From: Macrostomum lignano
Lineage: Eukaryota
Assembly (NCBI GenBank): GCA_002269645.1
Contig: NIVC01004849.1
Coordinates: forward strand, 1-33,460
Reading direction: 5' to 3'
Length of the DNA stretch: 33,460 nt
Below, piece after piece: positions 11,918 through 25,085 of this stretch. The translations under genes were made by a program, and so were the position numbers. The notes below the pieces were generated by a model. It did no database searches, was not told the origin of the DNA, and saw only the letters and a list, made by a program, of their open reading frames with translations. Each line of letters starts with the position of its first letter. Positions within the stretch are counted from its first letter, which is position 1.

Positions 11918-12609
11918 TCATTCAGCCATCCAGATGTCGTCACTTACATGTATTTCGCCGCTCAAGGCGGTGGCAAAGCTGTTGAGGTGTCAGAGGCCGC
12001 TGCTGCCGTTGAAGCAATACGGGGACTTGACCAGACTCTTCGCCATGCGAGCTCAGCCCAGAGAGAGGTTGCAAATTCCGCAGCTGGGATGAGCGGATGG
12101 GCGGCGGAGGCGGTGACCTTGTGAAATCGACGGCCCTGGGAGCCTGCATGCAATGTGGGAAACGTATGGACAGAATACACTACATTTCACAGACGGAAAG
12201 TGAGTGAGAGTGAACATTCTCACAGATGGAATTTCTCTTGACTAAACCGTAAAAGCCGCATTTCCAGTGCAATAATCGTCTTTGCACTCCAGACCCTGTT
12301 GCTGAACCGCAGGAGCCGTAGCAGGAGCCACACTAATAGTAAAGGCCTGTCTGCACGCCTTCGTATCGAAAACCGCCGTACAGATCAAACATCGTGTCTC
12401 CTCTGGACAAGATCACCTGTCTATCGTAGTTAAATATAAACGGGCCGATCTGGTCGATGCCGGCAAGACCCCGCAAGTCTCTGTTAGATTGGTCAATGAG
12501 GCAGCTGGCAAAGACTCTAATGGCCTTCGCTGCCCCAGCAACTCGCGGAGACTAGCAGAACGGCCACTGCAACAGCTGCCCAAGCAGCGAGGACTCTGAT
12601 GTGGCTCAT
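11918..12609 (-). pseudogene. WSC-PAN paralogue copy 1, pseudogene
   Basis: Signal peptide MSHIRVLAAWAAVAVAVLLVSASC is followed by a degenerate WSC (SCLIDQSNRDLRGLAGI...YGGFRY, in-frame TAG, deletions) and a PAN remnant YCFNGSSGL*HL, where TGA at 11992-11990 replaces the conserved Cys. Several frameshifts. Confidence 0.75.
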
Positions 12610-13279
12610 ATCTTTCAGTGTTAAACTTATTTGTTGACTGAATTGAACCATGTTATTTATTACATGCCTTTCCGCACAGGATGGATGTTAAGCAAAGGCA
12701 AAAAATACACTGGAAGGAAGCTGCGCAATGCACGGTCAAACATTCTAATTTGGCAACCATATAATACAGAGACAGAAACCTTTAAAACATTGATTATAAA
12801 TGCAGTATGCAAATCCCTAACCCCTATCATCCCGTCTTTCAGAACTATTAGACCAAATATTGTCAATTCAATGGGTTAAGCAAGGCTGTTACTGTTTAGA
12901 GTCAGTTATATTAAATTCGAAAAAGCTATAAAAAATCCATCAGATCGATTCTACAAGTATTGCAACTAGACCGACCATATTTGGCTAGTCTAGGATTATT
13001 CTGGGATTTATTCTCACTTCTGTTAGAAAACAAAACCAACAAAAATACATTCTTTTTTTATTTTCACAGATTTAAAGGTCTGAATTGTGTTTGCAATTGT
13101 ATTTGTCGTAAATAGCTGCAAAAGTCTCTCTCTTATTAGTATTTATTATTGCACTCGAATCTAATAGTTAGTATTTCATTTGTGCCTTCGTCACCGAGTT
13201 CATGCACTGATTCAAAAAGTTAGCCAGCATAGTCTTCAGTCAAATCAGGAACAAAAAACTTATCCTGGACTTCAGGGCT

Positions 13280-13997
13280 TCAGCCGACGATCCAGACATC
13301 GCCAGTCTCCTTGTCGAATGCGGTGGCGAAGTTTCTGAGGCGGCAGAGGCCGCTGCTGCTGTTGAAGCAATAGGAGGAGGAGCTGGCAGACCGGGCGCAG
13401 GAGGCGCGCAATCATCCGACTCTGCGCCTTGACGTCCCAGCCCAGGGAGCCAGGCAGTGGCGACCAGCTTTGGAGCGACAGAGGTGGCGAACTTGCGAAA
13501 GCGAGTATTTTGCAAAGCTGAAATAGAATTTTTAAGGGCATAGAGCTCACTTTTCTCTATTGTAGCTTATTAGTAAAAATCTAACACTTCTCGACATACT
13601 CACTCGATGAGTACACATTTTCATAGATGGACTTTTGCAAACGACCTCCGCAAATCTGGCTAGCATTCCCGTAGCAATTCGTGTTTCACTCGGACTCTGG
13701 CGCTGGACCCCAGGAGCCGTAGCTGAAGTCGCACGAGCAGAAGCCGTAATCCTGCACCGCAGTGAATCGGAAACCACCGTAGGTGCAGATTTCACTGCAC
13801 AGCTCCACCGTCATAGCAAGTCCAACATCGATACCTTCTCTGGAATACTTGACTCTGAATGAGGCAAATTCTGCGATGCCAGCAAGGCCCCCAATGTCTC
13901 TGTTTAGTGCGTCTTTGTCAACAAAGCAGCCACATAGACGGGAGTGGCTTTGCGCTGGCAGAACGGCAAGCGTGACAACAACTTGCAGCATAGTCAT
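13280..13997 (-). pseudogene. WSC-PAN paralogue copy 2, pseudogene; exons ~13997-13604 and 13517-13280
   Basis: WSC GCFVDKDALNRDIGGL...MTVELCSEICTYGGFRF...CSCDFSYGSWG with TGA (13688-13686) in place of a conserved Cys. Deletion in the signal-peptide region and an 8-nt deletion in exon 2. PAN tail CFNSSSGLCRLRNFATAFDKETGDVWIVG*. Confidence 0.8.
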
Positions 13998-14954
13998 TTG
14001 CGGCGACTGAGATGTGCTTAGCAGCTTGGCAGGAAAGTAATGTTGCTCACAAGTTCTTATAGATGTCAAATGCATTGATAATAGGATCGCGTCTAAAACA
14101 TCAATATTCATTGCTTTCATGGGCTAATGGCCCCGACCTGGAGACACAAAAAACGAATTGACGAAGTGTATAATGTTGATCAAGTTTGCATGCCTTCTCC
14201 AAATAAAATTGACCCAGGAAGAATGAGATACTGGCTAATGGACTCGAGAAAAATTCGAAAAAAAGAGAGATAAAAAGTCAGGGTATTGGCTTGGTTGTGC
14301 AAGTTCTAGTTGTCCACGATGGCATACCGAGATGAGAGGTTGCGAAATGGAACGATGAACGAACAAAGTCGGGGGTAGTAGCCTCATCAAAACAAGCTGA
14401 TAAGCACGGTAAATTGATCAGATTGACAAGCACTGCCCAGAATGAGTAAACATAAGCTAAGCTAAGCTAAATTATTTAGGGTAATCTGATGCGCGCTACC
14501 TTCAAGGTCAGCAACGTCATAAGTTGCTTTAGAGAGGGAAAGAGTAGAAGTATTGTTTTAACACTTCGTAATTAAGTTTCCAAAGACTCTCTGAGTCTGG
14601 AGTCAGGGGTGCTGCAACTGCAGATAGAGAGTGTTGAATGCCTCCAGTGCCAGCTCATGAATCAGAATCCATCAGTCAGCTTTCATGTAATTAGGTGAGA
14701 AGCTCATCAAACTGGATTCTCAAGTTACTCCGCATCTTCTTTCATTTTTGCTTTACTTTGAAAATGCAACGATAGCCGTTTACCGTAGAATGAAAAAGAA
14801 GAAAATAAAAATCTATGATAAAACCAATTAAAACTTAACTTGCAAATGTCTTTGCTTTCTAACCAAAATTTATTATCAATTTCAAGTAGTTGGTCTGACA
14901 GGATTCCAAAAAACACAATGGGAAATCGAGTCATCGAAATCGGGCTCCGAGGCT

Positions 14955-15812
14955 TCAGCCGATTATCCAGACATCGCCAGTCTCCTTGTCGAATGCGGTG
15001 GCAAAGTTGCTGAGGCGGCAGAGGCCGCTGCTGCTGTTGAAGCGATACGAGGAGCAGCTGGCAGTCCGGGAGCAGGTGGCGGCGCAATCGATCCGGCTCT
15101 GCGTCTTGACGTCCCAGCCGAGGGAGCCGGCGAATTCGGCAGTGGTGACCAGCTTTGGGCGGCAGAGGCGGCGAACTTGCGGAAACGATGTACCTTGGAT
15201 CCTGAAAGTTGTTTTTTGCATTCGAGCTTGTTGGCAAATGTTTCAGGATAGTCTCAGCTTTCTCGTGCTTTACGAGCTTAAGTTGTACATTTAACCTGGT
15301 CGAGTGGAATTTTGTACTTTTTTGATCCCGGATGCATGAAAACTATTAGCTTTTAGTAAACCAGATCGGAATCCGAAAAAATTGTGCTCACCCGAGAAGG
15401 TACTCTTGTAGATCGAAGCCCGCAGAGAACTACCGCACACCTGACCATGATTGCCAGAGCAAGGATTGCTGCACTCGGCTTCCGGAGCGGAACCCCAGGA
15501 GCCGTAGCTGGAGTCGCACATGCATTCATTACTATTCTGCACTGCGGCGTATTGAAAGCCACCGTAAATGCAGATTTCGCTGCACAGATCCACAGTCATG
15601 TCATGTCTGGACACGATGCCTTGGCTTGGGTGTAAGACACTGTATATGCCAAGCTGGGCAACACCAACAAGTCCCAGCATGTCTCTGTCGGGTGGAAGTT
15701 TGTCAACGAAGCAGCCGACGTAGACCGGAGTGGCCTTGCGCTGGCACAGCGACTCACCGGCCAGCAGAGCAACAGCCAGAACATTCGCTAGCACGGAGAG
15801 TCTGCTCAACAT
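14955..15812 (-). CDS. Secreted WSC + PAN/Apple protein, copy 3; exons 15812-15392 and 15201-14955; one 1-nt deletion in exon 2 (real or sequencing error)
   Basis: Signal peptide MLSRLSVLANVLAVALLAGESLC, 8-Cys WSC domain, phase-1 GT-AG intron, PAN-type DCAATCSRTASCSSYRFNSSSGLC. Exon 2 is 247 nt, one short of in-frame; alignment to copy 2 (SVAPKLV) places the missing base in a C run near 15160. Confidence 0.75.
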
Positions 15813-16437
15813 GGTTTGTAGAATAGGTGGGGGTGGTCGATTTTGCTGTCTGTGACTCTTTCTTGTATTGCCTAATGTAGCCTTGATGGCGCCTGTCAAA
15901 CTGTTTCATGACTTTATAGATCAGCTCAGGCTAGGCTTTCTGAAAGATTTCTTTCTCTATGCAGGAAGTTTGCCAGGCCGCATTGTCTGTGCGGTGGTCG
16001 CTGATGATTGATGCCGATGAGCTGAAACTGCGGAGCAAACCGGATGGATTGAATGAGAGACAGAAGCTCTCGGTTAAATTTGTCCGCTCAGTAAGAAGAA
16101 GGAAAAGCAAGTCGATAAAGCTGTCTTACAATCATCGATTGAAAAGCAGTAAAAAATAATAGGACTAATTTAGGAAAAGATTTGAACCAATCGCCTAGGA
16201 AATCAAGCTCCTCGGACTCGCTATTAACAACAATTACAATTTTTGGGCATAGCAACAATATTCACGAGGCAGTGTATTTTAAGACATTACATGATCAGCA
16301 CATAACCACACGCTTTACCTCGTTCGAGATTCGGGAAGTCGCCAACACAACAGTATCAATAGCACAGACAATTGTCAATGCCATATGAATGAATTATAGA
16401 TCCGAACTCACTTTATATTACTCTATAGGATTTTAAG

Positions 16438-16640
16438 GGTGGCTAGAATAGAGCACAGCGGACTAGAATTCAGTACAGGTGGCTAGAGTAGAGCACAGAT
16501 GGCTAGAGTAGAGTACCGGTGGCTAGAGTAGAGCACAGGTGGCTAGAGTAGAGAACTAGAGTAGAGAACAGGGGCTAGAGTAGAGAACTAGAGTAGAGCA
16601 CAGAGAGTAGAGCACAAGAGTAGAGAACTAGAGTAGAGCG
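16438..16640. repeat. Minisatellite: ~20-bp unit GGTGGCTAGAGTAGAGCACA decaying into ~13-bp TAGAGTAGAGAAC/GCAC units
   Basis: About six 20-bp units followed by shorter derived units, read directly. Confidence 0.85.
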
Positions 16641-16732
16641 TCGTAGACAAGTTTTTACTCATTAACTATGTCTGCAGTACTTGAACTGGTTTCAGATTCG
16701 TTTCTCGCCAAGCTAAAGCCAGTTGCCAAAGT

Positions 16733-17551
16733 TCAAGTTGCAATCCAGACGTCGCCGGTCTCATTCGCCAAAGCGACGGCGAAGTTGCTGAGGCGGCAGA
16801 GGCCGCTGCTGCTGTTGAAGCGATAGGAAGAGCAGCTGGCAGTCCGGGCGCAGGAGGCTGCGCACTGCATCCGGCTCTGCGCTTGACGTCCCAGCCCAGG
16901 GAGCCGGCGAATTTGGCAGTGGTGACCAGCGGAGGGGAGGCAGAGGCGGCGAGCTTGCTAAATTCACGGCCATGGAAGTCTGCAACAAATACATAACCAG
17001 TTTTTCAAAATCAGTACAAGGGTTGTACTTTTACTTTTGCATCGGAAAAATTGCTTTAGTCGCTGCCACTTAATCTTTTTGGGAATTTTTTGGGAAAAAG
17101 GATAAAAAATACTGGAATTTCCTCTCACTTGATGGGTACACATTCTCGTAGATTGAGTTCCTGTACGCTCCACCGCACATCTGCTTAACGTTCCCGAGGC
17201 AGTGCTGGTTACACTCAGTCTCTGGCGCGGGACCCCAGGAGCCGTAGCTGGAGTCGCACGAGCAGGTGGCATAATTCTGTAGGCGGCGAACCGGAAGCCG
17301 CCGTAGCTGCAAATTTTGCTGCACAGCTCAGCTGTCATGTCGGACCTGGACAGAATTCCCTGCGTGATGTAGGTGACGCTGAATGGGCCGAGCTGGGCGA
17401 TGCCAACGAGGCCCTACATGTCTCTGTTTGGCGGAGCTTTGTCTCTGAAGCAGCCCGCGTAGACCGGAGTGACTTTGCGCTGGCACAGCGACTTGGAGAC
17501 CAGCAGAGCCACCACTACAGCAGCCGTTGCTGCAGAGAGTCTGGGACGCAT
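16733..17551 (-). pseudogene. WSC-PAN paralogue copy 4, pseudogene; exons 17551-17129 and 16979-16733
   Basis: MRPRLSAATAAVVVALLVSKSLCQRKVTPVYAGCFRDKAPPNRDM* has an in-frame TAG at 17416-17414, plus one frameshift in each exon. The WSC and PAN cysteine patterns are otherwise complete. Confidence 0.8.
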
Positions 17552-18329
17552 GGAATGCGGTTGTTGTCACTTGCGCGACCGTAAAATTTCAGGTCACTAT
17601 CGCAGTAAAGAGGGTTAGATGTCTCAGTCTCTTGCTTTTCTGATGAGTGGGATAAAGGCAGCACTTCATAGTTCGTTTTATACTTTTTTCCTGGCTTCTT
17701 TCGATGTTAAGAATAATAGACGGCAGCGGTGTGTTGTAGCCAGCAGTCAATAGAATCCCGTGTTTTAAACTAGTGGGTTCACGAGTAACTTTATTGATTG
17801 ATAGAATCGAATTCAATGCTGCTGATAGACATGCTAGAAACATGCCATGAGAATTATCTGCAGTCCTGGTATCATTTGGTATCTTTCCCAAGGGTATTCA
17901 GTGACAGAACAGGCAAAAAATTCCACCCTAGAGGTTCAAATTTCTCCATTTTCCAGTAGATTTCGTGAAACAATACGTTGAAAAGTGCCAGCATTTCAGC
18001 AAAGTTCGTCTATCCTTCGAAAAAAATTGTCCACCTCCATCCTTCAGTCTGCCGCGACCGATTCTGATTGCATTCTGATTGGCATTGCATGCTCTGCGAG
18101 AGTATTTCATGCACAGTTTGGTTAATTTCAAAGTGATTCCCTGAATAGTATCTGGTTAAAAATCTTGTCGATAAAATTTAGTCATACGAGTAACAAGCAA
18201 TTTAATTTTTTGATAAAAAATCTCATTTAGGGAAGCAACCGTTGAATTCCATGGAGATTGGGTGTCTTACCACACACTAAACAGTAGAAAAATAGCTAAG
18301 CCAAAATAGCTAACTTCATAGTGAAGTTA

Positions 18330-18860
18330 GACATACCTGTCTGTCGCTGAAAATAAGGTGAGAGTCTCAAAGTCAGACTCGAAACATTACTGAGAAGGCG
18401 CCACTCACACTACTGGAAAAACAATATTTTAAAAGTAGTCATCGTTTAGAACAGCAGTTCGCAGCACAAAAGTCAAGAAACGTAACAAACAGGAACGGCA
18501 CCAGCGTATCTAAGGATGTCTAGAAGGAGCCACAGAGGTATAGGAGGATCCGTCCGGTTTTTGTGCCGAGGTACATCGTCATGTTAGCGTAAATCAGCTA
18601 ATGGGAGTACCTGACGGGAGTACGGCCTTTTCAAGGTGGGTGGACATCCAGTCTATGTCGCCGATGAAGGCACCCACTGTTATTAATGCCCTTCGCAGAA
18701 CCTTCGAATACATTGGATTACCGAGAAATCTACGAGTAGTTTTAGACAAAGATGGCACTTTTTTTCTGAAGAGTTCAAACATTGATTATACGCTTACTTC
18801 TTCAGGAAACCATCAGTTCAATGGTTCATCAGTTCAACCCAAGTTCTACTTATAAACAGC
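18330..18860 (+). mobile_element. Degenerate Gypsy-type retrotransposon integrase (rve core) fragment
   Basis: AFSRWVDIQSMSPMKAPTVINALRRTFEYIGLPRNLRVVLDKDG...TSSGNHQFNG matches the rve pattern DxFSKW...I..LR..F...G.P..I.SDNG...S.YHPQSNG. The region has stops and deletions, and its boundaries are approximate. Confidence 0.7.
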
Positions 18861-19403
18861 ATCAAAACTATCCTTTGATTCTGCTACAAAATACCCTTTT
18901 AAGTTATTTATAAGCTCAAAACTTGTGCCGTCAATGGTAGGTTCAGTGTTCTTCTGTTCTATTCGTACATATTGCTTACATTTATATCTAGCTCAGACGG
19001 CTAGCAACAAAGACAAAGACAAAAGAAGTAGAGAGTACTGTACACTACAAGTACTGTAAGTACTCTCAGTTACATTTACCAATTTAAGTTTCAGCTTTCT
19101 TAACAGACTATTGTCCAGCATCTAAGTAGTGCAAAACGAAAAATTCCTACTCGTATGCTTTTCTCAACAGAAAACTGTAAAGTACATTTCGTGTCCCCAA
19201 CAAAAGAAAAAACGGACTGGGATTCTAACAGAACAAACTTATCATTTTTCAAGGGTGCCGAGGTGAGACTGGGCCAGCTTCTTTCGAACACCCCGACCGG
19301 ATGCTTTTCATTACATCCCATAGTCTCTGTAAGTTTTCATATCAAATACTGAATTTTAATGCCATGCACCGGCTGCCTGAAATGTGGGAAGACAGAAGTA
19401 GAC

Positions 19404-21348
<1,945 letters not shown>

Positions 21349-21689
21349 AGGGAGAGGCAAATTTAGAGAGAACAGAGAAAACATAATTGATATTGATGGA
21401 AGCTGCCATTCAGGCACTCGAGTGCAGTCATTCGAGCAAATTTTAATGGATTTTGCGATTTTAATTTAATCAAAAAACTTCACTGCTGTCTAATCTTGAC
21501 TTTTTATTCATTGAAGATAAATTCTGCAGCTGCTGTTTGCTGACTGCCAGCTTCACATGCAGCAATAAAACAAGTGATGATAAAAATTGAATTAAAAATC
21601 TGTCATCGCAGTCCCATTGTTAACCCGGCCTGGATTTCATTTCCCAATCTCAGTCAGGCATTCAGGCGCTGCCAAGTGAAGTGCATTGA

Positions 21690-21960
21690 GCGAGATGAGG
21701 ATGCCAGATATTGGGTGTCGCTGACTGTGCTCAAGGTTCTGCACCGCCTGCTGATTTACGACGCGACTTCGACGACGAGCCTACAATATCGACGCTCTAG
21801 CTCTCCAAAGATCTGCATTAAAAAACTGGCGCTACCGGAGAGATTGAGAATGGATCGAGGGACTCGACGTCATCACGCCGATCAAGGTGGCCAACTGGGA
21901 GATCTGGACCCAGCGCTTTGCCACCCGTATTGATTTTTTGTCAAGCGTCAGTCAGCATTA
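21690..21960 (+). pseudogene. Unidentified degraded coding-like island
   Basis: GC-richer, codon-like stretches (DEDARYWVSLTVLKVLHRLL; EWIEGLDVITPIKVANWEIWTQRFATRIDF) lie in different frames with stops. No family recognised. Confidence 0.25.
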
Positions 21961-24066
21961 ACTGTGCTGGGTAACTGCGTCTTCGGCGGCTGCGTGTGAT
22001 GATGTGATAGCGGGCGTGGTCGCGCACTGACGGTGGTAGAGAAGAACTGAGAGTTATGCTATGGCTCTTTATAAATATATTTTCCCGAAGGATAACTTTC
22101 TTTTCAAGAGTTTTTTATTTTGACGCAAAAATCACAATACAGAAAGAATTTGCATGTATTCGACATGCAGAAGCATCTGAAAAGCATGTGAATTAAAACA
22201 AAGTGACTTTGAAACCCTAAATTTGGAAGTTACTGTTGATTTTGAGAACAGGATAGGAAATGCTCTGAAATGATAGACTGAAGCTGTTCTGCTTTTGCTT
22301 TTAGGATGGCCTGCATGGGATAGCTCGGCTCCATGACCATTCCGCTGCTACATGTGACTGTGACCCTTTTTAAAGCGGATTCACTTACGTTCACTTGAGT
22401 TCACTAAGTAATGGAGAAATGGAGATGGAGTAACGAGGCATAGCGACAAGGTTAACAATAAACTGAAGGATTAGCACTATTACCTGATGACCCATGGGTT
22501 AAACCCATGGGCCTCTTATAGATATATTTTAGCAGAGCTACAATACTTTAAGTGAATGGGGTGACCCAGTCTCTTTCGGGAGGCTGGGAAATTTATGAGT
22601 CTGCCCTTAGTCTTTGACGGAATTATATTTTCCATAACATAAGCAGAGCTTACCATTAGCCCTCAGAAAAGCAATAAGTTTTGCATGTGGCCATAGATTA
22701 AAAAACAGGGAAAAGTGTTGTGCATAGGACAAGATATCAGGTACTTGTAGCTATTCATTGTCTACTCTTATATAAAAGAAAGGCTTTTGGGACTAACGAA
22801 AATGCCTCATCAATTGTGTCGCGATGAATAGCCCGGGTGCAAAGCTGCCGAAAAAAGAGTTAAAAGACACGCATGGTGGGAAGGACCATTAGTAGTGTTA
22901 AAGTGTTAGTAGTCCTTTTCATGGTGAAGCCTGATCACTGTACACTCGTATGTGATTAAGTTGTGGAGCACTAGAATCGGGAATGCAGGAGCTACCGTAT
23001 CACGTCTGACTTTTTTTACCATACTGATTGATTGTTCAAAGCAATTTCCGCACCTGCATCACGAACACAAATAGAATTGCTGTAATTTTTTTCGTCTGGA
23101 CTACGAACTCAAGTAAAAATATGAGAATACATTTTTTACAAACTGATGCATAATTTTGTATGCAAAACTAGCTTTGTAGTTTGTAACCAAGCTTTGGGAA
23201 TGCAAGTTTGCAATGAGTAGAATTACTAAGAGGATTAGGATCATTAAAAAAATTTTCACTCATTGAAGACAACTCGTCTAAGTGTTTCTATTGTCTAATT
23301 GTTTCGGTTGAAGAGGAGTACTTGTTGCTTGCCTACATGTCTATCCATGCTTTGTTGTGGATTCGTCAGTAAACAGCATATGCTGAATTGAAATTTTAAT
23401 CGGGCTATGTCAGCCCTAAAGGTGCTCTCATATATCTTCGAAATTTCATATCTCCGACAGCATATTTTTCATATTTCCGACACTTCATATCTCTGTTAAG
23501 GTTATTTGGTTTGAGATAGTTTTAAGCTTGTCAAAGACAAGTCATGAAGTGAATTTAAAATTTTTCGTAGATACGGAACCACCTGTCTGTCCAGTGCGCA
23601 GATTAAGTCGTACAGATCGATCGGGAAGTGTTTTAAAAAAAATTTTAATGTTACAGCCAAGCAATTTTCCGGATAATATTTTCGATTTTTTAGCTTCAAC
23701 AAAGAAGTGGCGAAGAAGAAGTCTCGTTCTATTTTTATTTGCTCATTACGAGTATTAGTGAGTTCGTCATTCAGAAACTTGCTGATGTGATGCGATCGTA
23801 TTGCATGTAGTAATTGGGATAAACATTGGCTCAAAAAATCCTTAGAAGCTTAGGACGACAATCTTTGTCAAACATCAAACTTGCATCAAACTGCGACTGC
23901 CATGTCCGACAGCGCTGACAATTTTAGCTCTAAGGCCAAGGTAATCAGATATAATAATCTGATTATATCTGATCAGTGAATCTGATTCACTTTCACCGTC
24001 TGTCAAATATCGTGAAGCGCCGTTTATTTAGGTGTTGTTTAGACAAAGCAGCTCTCGAGACTGGCC

Positions 24067-25085
24067 TTAGTTGGCGATCCAGACGCTGCTGAAGTTTCCA
24101 CTCGCCGGGATGGCGGTGAACCGGCTGACCCGGCACAGCCTTCCGCTGCTGTTGAACCGGTAGGCCAGGCAGTCCCACTGAGCAGCCAGACGGCAGATGG
24201 TCGCGCACTGGATCAGATCAATAGCCGGCAGGCTCAGTTCGGCTGCTCCTTTGAAGTTGGCATCGAGAACTAGCAGCGGGACGGTGGCGGCGGCGACTCG
24301 GCGAAACCGGCGGCAGTCGCTGAGCTGCAAGCTATCTATAGGGTTTTGGATAGCAAATTTCACTGTTGATTTGCATTGGTCCCTGATGAACGATTAAAGT
24401 CAAGTTCGGTTTCCTTGACTTTACATTCAAATGAATGCTGGGTGCAAACCAGATGACTTAATTAACATTTCTTTCCTAAACCGGAACGGAATCTGATGGT
24501 TGCGGACTCAGTCTAACATAAAATTCGAGCTCTAATTTACAACTATTTGCCTATTTTGACTGTGTTGTAGAATAGGAAATTAAGATTTATCATAGAACAG
24601 TTGTGCAGAAACTTCAACTGAACAAGAACTATGGTTCCCTGATTCGCAACTGCCCATTGGACTGTACCTGAGTACACGTTCTCATAAACGGAGTTGCGGA
24701 ATTGGCCACCACAGGTTTGAGACACATTGCCCATGCAGGCCATGTTGCACTCCAGCTCGCTTACTTTGCCAAGCGAACCGAACTGCCAGTCGCAGCTGCA
24801 CTCCTTGCTGTATTGGAGGGCAAAGTACCGGAAACCGCTGATGTCGCAGACCCGGCTGCACAGCTCCACCGTCAGAGACGGGCTGGACAGAATTCCCTTC
24901 TCCGTGTGATTGACGCCGAATTGACCAAGTCTGGAAATTCCAACCAGACCTACGATGTCTCTATTTGGCATGGCCGCATCCGCGTAGCAACCAACATAGC
25001 TGACTGCGGCTACAGTTCGCTGGGCCAGCGACGGAGCGACTAGCAGAGCTGCAGCAAACACGACAAGTTGCAGGCGAATCGCCAT
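24067..25085 (-). CDS. Secreted WSC + PAN/Apple protein, copy 5, intact; exons 25085-24668 and 24335-24067 (228 aa)
   Basis: Signal peptide MAIRLQLVVFAAALLVAPSLA and 8-Cys WSC (YVGCYAD...LTVELCSRVC..GFRYFALQYSKECSC...ECNMACMGNVSQTCGG). The phase-1 GT-AG intron joins in frame (418+269 nt). PAN-type QCATIC...DCLAYRFNSSGRLC. Several N-glycosylation sequons. Confidence 0.88.

Noticed and set aside
831-12878. One giant piggyBac element bracketing the TTLL-like gene (TTAACCATTG at 831 with CAATGGGTTAA at ~12868-12878)
   Set aside because: Only about 7 bp match beyond TTAA, which is too short to distinguish from chance in AT-rich DNA.
11990-13688. Selenocysteine recoding of the two Cys>TGA changes in copies 1 and 2
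   Set aside because: Both copies also have frameshifting deletions (copy 1 also a TAG), no SECIS was recognised, and disulfide Cys in secreted domains are not typical Sec sites.
13240-16994. Poly-Q or Ala-rich ORFs (LQQQQRPLPPQ, STAAAASA)
   Set aside because: These are alternative frames of the PAN exon codons for FNSSSGLC.
22493-22513. CCCATGGGTT-A-AACCCATGGG hairpin as a regulatory element
   Set aside because: It is isolated in intergenic DNA with no supporting context and is probably a short duplication of a palindrome.
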